A stretch of 64,000 bases of DNA from an uncultured Prevotella sp. (GCA_900541335.1 UQJC01000004.1:3808-67807), one strand, 5' to 3'; counted from the stretch's first letter, positions 40,296-51,145 are shown. Notes: generated by a model not told the origin, from the sequence alone. Translations and numbers: made by a program.

Positions 40296-41315
40296 TTAGG
40301 CGTTTTCTTCTTCCTTAGCGGCAATGGCCTGGTTGGCTGTGATGGCAATCATCTTGTAGATGTCATCGATAGAGCAACCGCGTGAAAGGTCGTTGACGGG
40401 ACGAGCGATACCCTGGAGAATAGGACCTACAGCAGTAGCATGACCCAGACGCTGTACAAGCTTGTAACCGATGTTACCCACTTCGAGACTCGGAACTACG
40501 AGGACGTTGGCCTTACCTGCGATGGGGCTACCCGGTGCCTTGGAACTACCTACAGAAGGAACGAGAGCCGCATCAGCCTGAAGTTCACCATCGATAAGCA
40601 GGTTGGGCTTCATTTCCTTTGCAATCTGAAGAGCCTCTACCACCTTGTCTACTACTTCGTGCTTAGCAGAACCCTTGGTTGAGAAACTCAACATAGCCAC
40701 GCGCGGTTCGATACCAGCCACAGCCTTGGCTGTCTGAGCGGTACAAACGGCAATCTGTGCGAGTTGGTTAGCATCGGGAACGGGAGTTACAGCAACATCA
40801 CCCATCACGAGCACACCGTTATCACCACATTCGGGAGCGTGCGTCAACAGCAACATGGCACCGCTCACGCAAGTAATGCCGGGAGCAGTCTTGATAATCT
40901 GCAAAGCAGGACGAAGTACGTCACCCGTCGTATTGCGTGCACCTGCCAACTGGCCGTCAGCATCGCCACTCTTAATGATCATGCAACCGTAATAAAGGGG
41001 ATCCTCCACCTTCTTGCGAGCTTCCTCAATGGTCATGCCCTTCTTCTTACGAAGTTCGGCGAGAAGTTGTGCATATTCTTCCTTCTTCGGGCTGTTGACG
41101 GGGTCGATGATCGTAGCACGGTCAATGTTACCCAAGCCCCATTCCTTCGCCTTAGCGTGGATTTCATCCACATTGCCGAGGAGAATCAGGTCGGCCACAC
41201 CGTCGGTCAGAATTTGGTTGGCTGCCTTCAATGTACGCTCTTCTGTACCTTCGGGAAGTACAATACGCTGCTTGTTCGCCTTTGCGCGGGAAATGAGTTG
41301 TTCAATGAGTTCCAT
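40296..41315 (-). CDS. pta: Phosphate acetyltransferase
   Basis: 339 aa matching the PTA/PTB family (…IVLPEGTEERTLKAA…). Immediately upstream of ackA. Confidence 0.9.
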   Translation of the reverse strand: MELIEQLISRAKANKQRIVLPEGTEERTLKAANQILTDGVADLILLGNVDEIHAKAKEWGLGNIDRATIIDPVNSPKKEEYAQLLAELRKKKGMTIEEARKKVEDPLYYGCMIIKSGDADGQLAGARNTTGDVLRPALQIIKTAPGITCVSGAMLLLTHAPECGDNGVLVMGDVAVTPVPDANQLAQIAVCTAQTAKAVAGIEPRVAMLSFSTKGSAKHEVVDKVVEALQIAKEMKPNLLIDGELQADAALVPSVGSSKAPGSPIAGKANVLVVPSLEVGNIGYKLVQRLGHATAVGPILQGIARPVNDLSRGCSIDDIYKMIAITANQAIAAKEEENA

Positions 41316-41627
41316 TATGTAGATTAAAAATTTAGGAAGGCTGACGTAACGCGTACATCAGCCTCGAAGAGTTATGAATAAACGAGTGAATTGAAAAATA
41401 GAGCGTTCAAAGACCGATCCATACCCCGCTCAAGCCCCAACAGACTTAAGTATGTGTAGTGGGTATGAAGGCGATAGACAAAAGAAAAAAAGAATTTGTC
41501 CACTCCATTTTGTTAACGCATTGCAAAAGTACAGATTAAATCAACGCGAAACCTTAGGAATTTGAGAAAATGTCAAACGGAGGTAGACTTCTCCCCTATC
41601 CTTCGCATTATCCAAACTATTCACTTT

Positions 41628-41678
41628 GCACAAAAAATCGGCTCTCCCGTTGTTCTTTCCAAACAACAGCAGAGCCGA
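41628..41678 (-). terminator. Terminator downstream of nuoN (end of nuo operon)
   Basis: Imperfect ~16-bp hairpin CGGCTCTCCCGTTGTT…AACAACAGCAGAGCCG, with a T-run on the minus strand. Confidence 0.55.
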
Positions 41679-41708
41679 AATGAGAATTAGCCTGTTTCCG
41701 TTCAGCGA

Positions 41709-43157
41709 TTAAAGACCATAACTGAACGCGTCAATATAGCTATAGAATACGCCACCCAAGCCGAGCACGAGTACACCGAGTGTACAGAGTGCCAAAGCGA
41801 GACGGCTGTAACCATCACTCTTGAATGTCGCAATCGGACTTTCGTTGGGCTTAATGTACATAGCCTTTACAATCAACAGATAGTAGTAAAGCGAAATCAC
41901 GGTGTTGACTAAGGCGATGAATACCAACAGGTGGTAACCTGCGTGGAAAGCGGCCATAAAGACGAAGAACTTGGAGAAGAATCCTGCGAAGGGCGGGATA
42001 CCTGCCAAAGAGAAGAGGCAGAGCGTCATGAGGAACGCAAGCTTCGGATTCGTCTGGTAAAGACCATCGTAATCGCTGATGTTAATCTTACCACTGTTTT
42101 CTTCAATGCTGGTCATCACTGCGAAAGCACCGAGGTTAGATACCATGTAGACCAAGAGATAGAACACAAGTGCGGTCATGCCCTGAGCCGTACCATCCAT
42201 CACTGCCAGTACAAGGTAACCTGCCTGCGAAATAGCTGAGAAGGCCATGAATCGCTTGAGGTTGTTCTGACGAATGGCAAAGAGATTGGCAATGGTAATC
42301 GAAGCTACAATAATCCAGAACATCGCGGTATTCCAGCTTTCGAACAATGTGCTAACACTAAACACCTTGACGAGTACAGTGAGCAACACGAATGCTGCAG
42401 CACCCTTTGAAATCACGCTGAGGTAACCCGTTACTACGGTCGGTGCACCTTCGTAGGTGTCAGCTGTCCAGAGGTGGAAGGGAACGAGCGAGATTTTGAA
42501 ACCCATACCGGTGATGAAGAGCAACATGCCAAAGATGGTAAAGAGAGAGCCATCGAGCAATACGCCTACTTCACTGAAGTAAAGGGTACCCGTAGCACCA
42601 TAGATGAGTGAAATGCCATAGAGCAAGAGGGCGCTGGAGAAAAGAGCGAGCAAGATGAACTTAGCACCTGCTTCGGCACTTTCGAAACGCTTCTTGTCGT
42701 AAGCTACCAAGGCGGTCATGGGCACGGATGCCAACTCCAAGCCGATGAAGAACATCAAGAAGTGACCGCTGGAAATCATGAAGTACATACCCAAGAGGGT
42801 GAAGAGTACCAACATATAGAACTCACCTTGCTTGACAAGGTTCTCCTCGCGGCTCAGCCATTTGTGAGCCATGAGGAAGACAACGAGCGTACCTACGTTG
42901 AGCACCGACTTGAGGATGGTCATCATCGGGGTGTACTGATACATGCCACCAAAGGCTTCGGTAGCCTCAGCAGTGCAACAGGGCAGAAAGTTGAGCGCGG
43001 TGTGTGCTGCAAGCAACACTACAGGCAGGCAAGTATTGTAAACGCCCTTCCCGCTCTTTTTATCAGGACACATAAAGAGGTCGGCTACAAACAGGATGAG
43101 AATCACTGCCAGCAGAGACAACTCTTCGTGCATATATAAGAATTGCGAATAATCCAT
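41709..43157 (-). CDS. nuoN: NADH-quinone oxidoreductase subunit N
   Basis: 482-aa antiporter-like subunit. Last gene of the nuo cluster. Confidence 0.85.
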   Translation of the reverse strand: MDYSQFLYMHEELSLLAVILILFVADLFMCPDKKSGKGVYNTCLPVVLLAAHTALNFLPCCTAEATEAFGGMYQYTPMMTILKSVLNVGTLVVFLMAHKWLSREENLVKQGEFYMLVLFTLLGMYFMISSGHFLMFFIGLELASVPMTALVAYDKKRFESAEAGAKFILLALFSSALLLYGISLIYGATGTLYFSEVGVLLDGSLFTIFGMLLFITGMGFKISLVPFHLWTADTYEGAPTVVTGYLSVISKGAAAFVLLTVLVKVFSVSTLFESWNTAMFWIIVASITIANLFAIRQNNLKRFMAFSAISQAGYLVLAVMDGTAQGMTALVFYLLVYMVSNLGAFAVMTSIEENSGKINISDYDGLYQTNPKLAFLMTLCLFSLAGIPPFAGFFSKFFVFMAAFHAGYHLLVFIALVNTVISLYYYLLIVKAMYIKPNESPIATFKSDGYSRLALALCTLGVLVLGLGGVFYSYIDAFSYGL

Positions 43158-43178
43158 TTTGTCTGTATTTATTGGAGA

Positions 43179-44711
43179 TTAAAGGAAGGGATTGCAAGAA
43201 GATACGGTTACGGCTGCCGAATGGATGTGATCAACGATGGGTGCTACACCCGTCGTAATCATGTCGCTTACCCAGAACGGAGCCATACCCAAACCAGCTA
43301 CAGCCAGGATGAGGCAGATTACAGAGAAGCGCTCGTCCCAAGTAGCATCGGTCAACTTGAGATGGTGTTCGTTAGTGCAAGTACCATAAAGAATCTTACC
43401 AACCACACGCAAGATGTAGACTGCGGTAATCACGATGGATGAGCAGGCTGCAATCGTCAACACGCGGTGGAAGGTGTCCGCATTCTGGAACGAACCCACG
43501 AAGATGGTCATCTCGGCAATGAAACCAGAGAAACCAGGAAGACCTAAGTTAGCCAAACCAGCGAGAATGTAACCTACAGAAAGGAAGGGCATAATGCGCA
43601 TCAATCCGTTGAGTTCGCGAATGTCACGCGTATGCGTACGACCGTAAATCATACCGATGAGGGCAAAGAAGAGGGCCGTCATCAAACCGTGGCTCAACAT
43701 CTGCAACACGGCACCCGTGCAAGAAGTTTGGTTGAGCATGAGGATGGCGAAGAGTACGAGACCACAGTGTGACACAGAACTGTAAGCATTGATGTACTTC
43801 AAGTCGGTCTGTACGCAAGCAGAGAATGCACCATAAACCACAGAAATACCCGTGAGGATGAGGAAAATCCATCCTAACTCATTGGCAGCCTCGGGCATAA
43901 GGTACATAGCGATGCGGAAGCAACCATAACCACCGAGCTTCATCAACACACCGGCGTGAAGCATGGATACGGCAGTAGGAGCTGAAGCGTGACCGTCAGG
44001 GCTCCAAGTATGGAAGGGGAAGAGCGCACCGAGCACACCGAAACCGATAAAGGTCAAGGGGAACCAAATGCACTGCTGTACGAAGTCAATGGCATGAGCC
44101 CCTCCAGTGTGGTTGGCAATCTCAACGATGTTCATCGTGTTACCACCTGCACCATAGAAGATACCGAAGATACCGCACATCAAGAAAGCGGAACCACCCA
44201 TCAACATGAGGGTCAGCTTCATGGCGGCATATTCCTTCTTACCGCTACCCCATACACCGATGAGGAGGTACATCGGAATCAAAGCTACCTCGTAGAACAT
44301 GAACATGGCGAACATGTCGACGGAGATAAAGAAACCAAATACACCGAGACTCAACAGGGTAAACCAAAGGAAGTATTCCTTGGTCAGGGGCTTTAACTGC
44401 CAGGAGGCGAAGGTTCCGGTGAAAACGATGACAGCCGAAAGCAACAACATCGCTACCGAAATACCATCGACACCTACCGAATATTTAATGTGAAGAGGTT
44501 CGATCCAATTGACCGAAGCCGTGTAGAGCATTTCCTCCGTAGCTCCGGCCGCACGGTCACCGATGAAGGTCACGGTCAGATAGGCGGCAAGAACGAGCAA
44601 AGCTGTACTACCAGCGACCATTACCGCACGGACACCCTTCACGTCACGAGCCAACCACAGGCCAAGCAACATGACCAAAGGAATGACTACAAATAATGAT
44701 AAGAAATTCAT
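43179..44711 (-). CDS. nuoM: NADH-quinone oxidoreductase subunit M
   Basis: 510-aa antiporter-like subunit. Confidence 0.85.
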   Translation of the reverse strand: MNFLSLFVVIPLVMLLGLWLARDVKGVRAVMVAGSTALLVLAAYLTVTFIGDRAAGATEEMLYTASVNWIEPLHIKYSVGVDGISVAMLLLSAVIVFTGTFASWQLKPLTKEYFLWFTLLSLGVFGFFISVDMFAMFMFYEVALIPMYLLIGVWGSGKKEYAAMKLTLMLMGGSAFLMCGIFGIFYGAGGNTMNIVEIANHTGGAHAIDFVQQCIWFPLTFIGFGVLGALFPFHTWSPDGHASAPTAVSMLHAGVLMKLGGYGCFRIAMYLMPEAANELGWIFLILTGISVVYGAFSACVQTDLKYINAYSSVSHCGLVLFAILMLNQTSCTGAVLQMLSHGLMTALFFALIGMIYGRTHTRDIRELNGLMRIMPFLSVGYILAGLANLGLPGFSGFIAEMTIFVGSFQNADTFHRVLTIAACSSIVITAVYILRVVGKILYGTCTNEHHLKLTDATWDERFSVICLILAVAGLGMAPFWVSDMITTGVAPIVDHIHSAAVTVSSCNPFL

Positions 44712-44738
44712 TGTCGTAAATTGTGTTTCTGTTTGGGA

Positions 44739-46640
44739 TTATGCTAACGCCATGATCAACAACAAAACAAGCGTGCCGAGCAGGAAGACGAAAGCGTACT
44801 TCTGAACTGAACCGCTCTGAAGACCGCGGATGCGGAAGCTCAGGGCATTGGTGCCCCAGGCGAGGAAGTCGAAGAATCCATCCACAATGTGACGGTCGAA
44901 CCAGGCAATGGGCTTCGAAACATGAGCGAAGATGATGCGGTGAGTAATGTACTGGTAAACCTCATCAAGATAGAAGCGCTTGTAGGCCCAACGATGGAGC
45001 GAACTGAACTTCTCGGCCAGGGCATCGGCCTTGGGCTGACGAGAACCAATGTACATATAAGTAGCAAGGAAAATAGAAGCTACGGCAATGACAATTGACG
45101 TTCCAGCTACATTCCAGTCGAGGTGGATGTCATAAAGCTGACCATCAGCACTTACGAAATGACCGAAGGGAATGAAACCAGCTACGCAGGTTACTACAGC
45201 AAGGAACATGAGGGGGAAGGTCATCGTCAGCGGTGCTTCGTGAGGCGTATGCTTCGCATGAAGCTCTACATTCTCTGTTCCCCAGAAAATGCCGTAATAG
45301 AGACGGAACATGTAGAATGCGGTCATAGCGGCAATCGCTGTCATAATCCAACCCATGGCAGGCATGTAAGCAAAGGCTGCCGTGAGGATTTCGTCCTTAG
45401 AGAAGAAACCTGAGAAGGGAGGAATACCTGAAATAGCCAGACAGGCAATGAGGAACGTAATGTGCGTGATGGGCATGTACTTACGCAAACCGCCCATGGC
45501 TGACATTTCGTTGCTGTGTACAGCATGAATGATACAACCGGCACCCAAGAAGAGCAATGCCTTGAACATAGCGTGGGTAAAGAGGTGGAACATGGAAGCC
45601 ATGTAACCCAATGAACCTACGTGTTCGTGACCGGTAGCATACTCGGTGCAAACACCGAGGGATACCATCATGAAGGCAATCTGAGAAATCGTAGAGAAAG
45701 CAAGTACACGCTTGATGTCGCTCTGGCAGCAAGCAACTGCAGCTGCATAGAAGGCAGTGAAGGCACCTACCCAAGCTACAATGTGGAGCGTATCGGGTGC
45801 GTACTGAATCCACAAGGGGAAGAGGCGGGCAATCTGGAACACACCAGCAACGACCATGGTTGCGGCGTGAATCAAAGCAGATACCGGCGTAGGACCTTCC
45901 ATGGCATCGGGCAACCAAATGTGAAGGGGGAACATGGCACTCTTACCAGCACCACCAATGAACATCAAGAACAAGGCGGTGGGGAGCATCATGGCACCTT
46001 CAGCAAATCCTGCCTGGTTAAACTCAAAGCCAAAGGAATGGCAATAGTAACCGTAAATCAGGATACCAATCAAGAAGAACATATCGGCAAAACGAGTGAC
46101 GATGAATGCCTTCTTGGAAGCGGCGATGGCTGCGGGTGAGGTGTAGTAGAAACCAATCAAGAGGTAGGAAGATACACCCACCAATTCCCAGAACATATAC
46201 ATCTGGAAAATATTGGTTGCCACAACCAAACCGAGCATTGACATGGTGAAGAGGCTAAGGAAAGCGTAATAACGCTGGAAGCCGCGCTCACCGTGCATGT
46301 AACCGAATGAATAAATGTGGACCATGAGCGACACGGTGGAGATGACAATGAGCATCATCACCGAAATGGGATCGAGCATAATACCCATGTCGAAGCTCAG
46401 TCCTTTAACAAAGAAGGGCAACCACTGGATGTTGTAAGGAACAAGCGTGGGGAGTGCCCCGTCTACGCGAGCGGTATTGAAGAAATACTCGTAAGCCGTG
46501 AAGTACGACAAAGCCGTCACCACGAGCAGTACGGCAGTACCTGTCAAGCCCGCTGCTTTATGGCTGAACCATTTTCCGAATACTCCGAGGAGGAGAAACG
46601 AGATGAATGGCAGCAAAAGAATGAGAATTGTTGATTCCAT
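44739..46640 (-). CDS. nuoL: NADH-quinone oxidoreductase subunit L
   Basis: 633-aa antiporter-like subunit with a long C-terminal extension. Confidence 0.85.
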   Translation of the reverse strand: MESTILILLLPFISFLLLGVFGKWFSHKAAGLTGTAVLLVVTALSYFTAYEYFFNTARVDGALPTLVPYNIQWLPFFVKGLSFDMGIMLDPISVMMLIVISTVSLMVHIYSFGYMHGERGFQRYYAFLSLFTMSMLGLVVATNIFQMYMFWELVGVSSYLLIGFYYTSPAAIAASKKAFIVTRFADMFFLIGILIYGYYCHSFGFEFNQAGFAEGAMMLPTALFLMFIGGAGKSAMFPLHIWLPDAMEGPTPVSALIHAATMVVAGVFQIARLFPLWIQYAPDTLHIVAWVGAFTAFYAAAVACCQSDIKRVLAFSTISQIAFMMVSLGVCTEYATGHEHVGSLGYMASMFHLFTHAMFKALLFLGAGCIIHAVHSNEMSAMGGLRKYMPITHITFLIACLAISGIPPFSGFFSKDEILTAAFAYMPAMGWIMTAIAAMTAFYMFRLYYGIFWGTENVELHAKHTPHEAPLTMTFPLMFLAVVTCVAGFIPFGHFVSADGQLYDIHLDWNVAGTSIVIAVASIFLATYMYIGSRQPKADALAEKFSSLHRWAYKRFYLDEVYQYITHRIIFAHVSKPIAWFDRHIVDGFFDFLAWGTNALSFRIRGLQSGSVQKYAFVFLLGTLVLLLIMALA

Positions 46641-46666
46641 TAGTTGTGATGTTTACAGACTTTTTT

Positions 46667-46975
46667 CTACCACTTCATCTTTTCAAGCTCATCTGCCTGG
46701 ATGTTTTTCACCATACGGTAGATGTTAATCATGATGGCTATAGCAATGGCACTTTCTGCAGCCGAAATAGCGATGGAGAAGAGTGCGAAGAAATAGCCTT
46801 CATTGCCTTCAGGATAAAGCATGCGGTTGAATACTGCAAAATTGAGATCGGTAGCATTGAGCATCAATTCGACCGACAAAAGAATGGCCAGGGTGCTGCG
46901 GCGCGTCAGAAATCCGAAAACGCCGGCAAACATCATGACGGCTGAAATGATAAGAAGATATTCCAGTTGAATCAT
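46667..46975 (-). CDS. nuoK: NADH-quinone oxidoreductase subunit K
   Basis: 102 aa with 3 TM helices. Position is conserved between nuoJ and nuoL. Confidence 0.85.
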   Translation of the reverse strand: MIQLEYLLIISAVMMFAGVFGFLTRRSTLAILLSVELMLNATDLNFAVFNRMLYPEGNEGYFFALFSIAISAAESAIAIAIMINIYRMVKNIQADELEKMKW

Positions 46976-46989
46976 AACGTAGATTTGTT

Positions 46990-47532
46990 TTAGCGTTTAC
47001 GGGCAATCAGCAATGCACCTACGATACAAGCCAAAAGCAATACACTGACAGCCTCGAAAGGAAGCAGGTAGCCATTGTCGCCCGTAGAAAGCATGTTGTT
47101 ACCAATAGATTGGATAGAAGTAACTGCGCTGGCAGTCTCGCTGGGAGCTGTAAGCACTTGTGATTTGAAATTGTGGGTCAACACCACACCAAGGAAGGAA
47201 CAGAAACCAACCAATGCGAGGAGGAAGCCCCAAGAGGCATCTTTTACCTTACGCTTGAAGGTCTCTTCCTTAGCACCCTCCGTCAACAAAATGGAGAATA
47301 CGTACAGCACAATGATGCCGCCCGCATAGACCATGACTTGCACAGAACCGAGGAAGGTGTAGCCCATCAGAAAATACATACCAGCCGTGCCTAACAACAC
47401 GAACAGCAGGTATGTGGCAGCACGCACAATGCTCTTGGTCATCACTGTCGCGAAGGACGAGAAGATGATCAGTACTGCCAAAACGACGAACATGATATTT
47501 TGTGAATCCATGAATCTTGTTTGATGTATCAA
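46990..47532 (-). CDS. nuoJ: NADH-quinone oxidoreductase subunit J
   Basis: 180-aa membrane subunit. Confidence 0.8.
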   Translation of the reverse strand: MIHQTRFMDSQNIMFVVLAVLIIFSSFATVMTKSIVRAATYLLFVLLGTAGMYFLMGYTFLGSVQVMVYAGGIIVLYVFSILLTEGAKEETFKRKVKDASWGFLLALVGFCSFLGVVLTHNFKSQVLTAPSETASAVTSIQSIGNNMLSTGDNGYLLPFEAVSVLLLACIVGALLIARKR

Positions 47533-47997
47533 TTACTTTTCTTGAACCTTTGAACCCTCGTGATTCAATACCTTAACGAGCTTTGAACGGTCGAATACTG
47601 CGTTCTCATAACTCTGGTCAAAGGTAATTGCATCGTGGGGACAGGCACGGGTGCAAAGCTGGCAGAACATACAAGAACCAAGGTCGTACTCGTACTTAAC
47701 GAGACGCTTCTTTTTCTTGCCGTCCTCAGTTTCATAAAACTCGCTCGTTACCTTGATACTGCCATTGGGGCAAGCCATCTGACAGAGGCCGCAACCCACA
47801 CATTTGTGCTCATTCTGCTCGTTGTGGAGCATTGTGAGCGAACCGCGAAAACGATCAAACATAACATTGGTCGCACGGTTCTCAGGGTATTGTTCGGTAA
47901 TCTTGGGGGTGAAAAACTCGCGCATCGTGGTCTTCAAACCGGTGCCGAGGCTTTTCAATCCACCGACGATTCCGCCGATATAACTTTTTTCTTCCAT
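47533..47997 (-). CDS. nuoI: NADH-quinone oxidoreductase subunit I (2x[4Fe-4S] ferredoxin)
   Basis: Two CxxCxxCxxxCP motifs (CVGCGLCQMACP and CMFCQLCTRACP). Confidence 0.9.
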   Translation of the reverse strand: MEEKSYIGGIVGGLKSLGTGLKTTMREFFTPKITEQYPENRATNVMFDRFRGSLTMLHNEQNEHKCVGCGLCQMACPNGSIKVTSEFYETEDGKKKKRLVKYEYDLGSCMFCQLCTRACPHDAITFDQSYENAVFDRSKLVKVLNHEGSKVQEK

Positions 47998-48141
47998 GAG
48001 TGGAGATTCATTTAAGTTTAAAAGTTTAGATAAGAAGTTTGGGAGTTCAGAGGCCGATGAACTTTCAGCGTTTGTCGGTCAATCCCTAACAGACAAGTCC
48101 ATCCACGTAAACTCTTCAACTCATAAACTTTTCAACTTTGA
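47998..48141 (-). other. nuoH-nuoI intercistronic region containing complementary AT-rich motif pair (AAGTTTAAAAGTTTA … TAAACTTTTCAACTT)
   Basis: The motifs at 48012-48027 and 48124-48139 are near reverse complements (about 14 of 15). They could pair across ~95 nt of mRNA. Confidence 0.5.
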
Positions 48142-49227
48142 TTAGAAATGCCATCCCATAGCGACGCAGAGTGCCATGAGGACAAGGTTTACCATGCTGA
48201 AGGGAACGAGATACTTCCATTCGAGGGAAAGAATCTGGTCAATACGCAGACGCGGGAAGGTCCAACGCAACCACATCAACAGAAAGACTACAAAGAAGGT
48301 CTTGCCAAGGAACCAAACCGCTCCAGGAATGAGGTCCATCACACCGTTGAAAGCGTCGAGACCATAAATGTGCAAGGGAGCCCAGCCACCGAGGAAGATG
48401 GTAGAAGCCATACCGGCACAGATGAAGAGGTTCAAGTACTCTGCCAAGTAGTAGTAACCGAAGTGCATACCAGAATATTCGGTATGATAACCTGCGGTCA
48501 ACTCACTCTCACACTCGGGCAAGTCGAACGGACCACGGTTACACTCTGCATTACCTGCTACCAAATAGATAAAGAAGGCAATGACTGCAGGAATGTGACC
48601 ACGAACGATGTTCCAACCGTTTACGTACTGGTCCTGGCAGATTTCGCTGAAGGACATGGTACCGGTCAAGCAGATCATGGCGAGCATGGTCATACCGATA
48701 GAGAGCTCATAACTGATAATCTGAGCACCACTTCGCATGGCACCAATGAGTGAATACTTATTGTTACTACTCCAACCGGCAAGCAGAATACCTACCACAC
48801 CGATAGAAGAAATAGCAAGGAAGAAGAATACGCCGACATTGAAGTCAATGATGTGCGCACCCATATTCCAGGGCAGACAAGCGAAAGTAACCATTGAGGC
48901 TGTCACAACCAGGAACGGAGCGAGGTTGTGCAGGAAAAGGTCACTCTGTCGCATACTGATAATCTCCTTGGTCAGCATCTTGAATACGTCGCTGAATACC
49001 TGGAGAAGTCCCCACTTACCTACACGCATCGGGCCTAAGCGGCACTGAAAGGCTGCGCAGACCTTGCGTTCCATATAGATAAGGGCGATAGCAAACACGG
49101 CATACAACGTGATGATGACCAATGCCACGAGAATACTCTCCGTCAAGATTGCACCCCACTCGGCAAAGCCACACGTCTGCATGAGAAAGCCATGAAGCCA
49201 GTTTGTTACTATTGAGAAATCAAACAT
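48142..49227 (-). CDS. nuoH: NADH-quinone oxidoreductase subunit H
   Basis: 361 aa with 8 TM helices and a NuoH/ND1 signature. Confidence 0.9.
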   Translation of the reverse strand: MFDFSIVTNWLHGFLMQTCGFAEWGAILTESILVALVIITLYAVFAIALIYMERKVCAAFQCRLGPMRVGKWGLLQVFSDVFKMLTKEIISMRQSDLFLHNLAPFLVVTASMVTFACLPWNMGAHIIDFNVGVFFFLAISSIGVVGILLAGWSSNNKYSLIGAMRSGAQIISYELSIGMTMLAMICLTGTMSFSEICQDQYVNGWNIVRGHIPAVIAFFIYLVAGNAECNRGPFDLPECESELTAGYHTEYSGMHFGYYYLAEYLNLFICAGMASTIFLGGWAPLHIYGLDAFNGVMDLIPGAVWFLGKTFFVVFLLMWLRWTFPRLRIDQILSLEWKYLVPFSMVNLVLMALCVAMGWHF

Positions 49228-49447
49228 GAGATTTAAATATTGAGTTTCGAAGTTTATGAGTTTAAAAGTTTATGAGATTGCCCATAAGGAAACCTTGTAG
49301 TTAGACACTAAAGACCTTGTGATTAAATTCACGGGCACGTTGCCATACTTGGAGTTTTTCAAAAGAAAAGACAGGAGCTTCCATGAAACAAACTTGACAA
49401 ACGTATCCTCTTAACTTTTAAACCTTCAACTTTTCAACTTAAAAGAT
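49228..49447 (-). other. nuoCD-nuoH intercistronic region with perfect 12-bp complementary motif pair (AGTTTAAAAGTT … AACTTTTAAACT)
   Basis: The motifs at ~49259-49270 and ~49410-49421 are exact reverse complements enclosing ~140 nt. The same motif family recurs in the nuoH-nuoI gap. Confidence 0.5.
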
Positions 49448-51145
49448 TTATCTATCAATGTCGGGAACTACGTAATCGACTGTACCGCCAATGGTAATTA
49501 AGTCCGCCAACATATTATTGCGGCAAGCTGTATCCATGACAGCTACGAGGGGAAGACCCGTAGAGCGGTAGTGCAAACGATAGGGAGACTTGTCACCCTT
49601 GCTCTCGATAAACACACCGATACGGCCACGGCTACCCTCAACTTCGCTGAAGAACGTACCAACGGGAAGCTTGATAATGGGCTTCATCTTTTCCTGGAAG
49701 TTGCCTTCGGGAATGTTGTCGATGAGTTGCTCGATAATGTTCAAGCTTTCAAGAATTTCGTCGAGACGAATCATGTAACGAGCGAAAGAATCTCCTTCGG
49801 TACGAATCACTTCATTGAATTGCACACGGTCATAAGCAGCATAAGGACGAAGCTTACGGAGGTCATTGTGCCAACCGGAAGCACGACCCGTACCACCAGT
49901 ACAGCCGAATGAAATCACCTGCTCCTTCGTCAGCACACCCACACCCTTTGAACGGTTCTGGAAAATCACATTACCCGTAAAGATGTCATGGTATTCCTGA
50001 ATATTCTTACGCATATAAGGAATAAACTCCTTCACGCGCTTCACGAAGTTGGGATGAATGTCAGCCATCACACCGCCAATCGTGTTGTAGTTCAGAATAA
50101 GACGGCCACCACAAGTTTCTTCAAAGATGTCGAGAATCTTCTCACGGTCACGGAAGGCATAAAGGAATGCTGTCGTTGCACCGAGGTCCTGACACAAACA
50201 GCCGAAGAAGAGAATGTGTGAGTCAATACGTTGCAACTCGTCCATAATGGTACGAATTACCTGTACGCGGTCACTTACTTCTACACCCATCGCCTGTTCA
50301 ATACACATACAAAGCGCGTGGCGATTCTGCATCGCACCCAGATAGTCCAAACGGTCAGTCAAAGCCAACGTCTGCGGATAGGTCATGTGCTCGCTAATCT
50401 TCTCCACGCCACGGTGAATGTAACCGAGTACGGGATCAATCTTGCGAATCATTTCACCTTCGAGTGCCACACGGAAGTGAAGTACACCGTGGGTAGAAGG
50501 GTGCTGCGGACCAATATTCACTACGTAGTCATCGGGCTGGAAGATGGCATGTTCCACCTTTTCTACCTTGCCGTCAGCCTGAAGCACATATTCGTGCGTC
50601 ACGTCGCTAAGCGGTTCGTTGGTCATACGAAGCGGATTGTTCTTTTCCGTTTCGTCATCCTTACGGAAGGGATAACCCACCCAGTCTTCACGCATGAAGA
50701 GACGGCGCATGTCGGGATGGCCTGTAAAGACAATGCCATAGAAGTCATAGACCTCACGCTCGTACGTATTAGCAATGTCCCAAAGGTTGCTTACCGAAGG
50801 AAGCATGGGGTTTTCGCGGTCAGTCGTCACACACTTCACACAGGCTTGCTTACCTGTAGCAGTTGATTCTACTTGATAGACCACACCGAGACCCTCTTCC
50901 ATCCAGTCTACACCTGTCAAGTTGAGCAGGAGATCCATACCTTCCTGATCGTGCAGGCGCTTCATTTCCGCATAAAGTTCAGCGGGAGCAACGGTCTTAG
51001 GCTTCAGTTCATTGACTGCCGGCTTAGCGGGAGCAGCAGGAGCGGCGGGACGTGCTGCCGGCTTAGCGGCAGGTTGTGCTTGGGGAGCAGCAGCCGTTGC
51101 AGGCTTAGCTTCCACGTTTGCTTGAGATTTCAATTCTTCGCTCAT
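49448..51145 (-). CDS. nuoCD: NADH-quinone oxidoreductase fused subunit C/D with Ala/Pro-rich N-terminal extension
   Basis: 565 aa. The 30-kDa NuoC region is followed by the 49-kDa NuoD region. The N-terminal ~50 aa are AAAPQAQPAAKPAARPAAPAAPAKPA. The start overlaps the nuoB stop (ATGA). Confidence 0.85.
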   Translation of the reverse strand: MSEELKSQANVEAKPATAAAPQAQPAAKPAARPAAPAAPAKPAVNELKPKTVAPAELYAEMKRLHDQEGMDLLLNLTGVDWMEEGLGVVYQVESTATGKQACVKCVTTDRENPMLPSVSNLWDIANTYEREVYDFYGIVFTGHPDMRRLFMREDWVGYPFRKDDETEKNNPLRMTNEPLSDVTHEYVLQADGKVEKVEHAIFQPDDYVVNIGPQHPSTHGVLHFRVALEGEMIRKIDPVLGYIHRGVEKISEHMTYPQTLALTDRLDYLGAMQNRHALCMCIEQAMGVEVSDRVQVIRTIMDELQRIDSHILFFGCLCQDLGATTAFLYAFRDREKILDIFEETCGGRLILNYNTIGGVMADIHPNFVKRVKEFIPYMRKNIQEYHDIFTGNVIFQNRSKGVGVLTKEQVISFGCTGGTGRASGWHNDLRKLRPYAAYDRVQFNEVIRTEGDSFARYMIRLDEILESLNIIEQLIDNIPEGNFQEKMKPIIKLPVGTFFSEVEGSRGRIGVFIESKGDKSPYRLHYRSTGLPLVAVMDTACRNNMLADLITIGGTVDYVVPDIDR

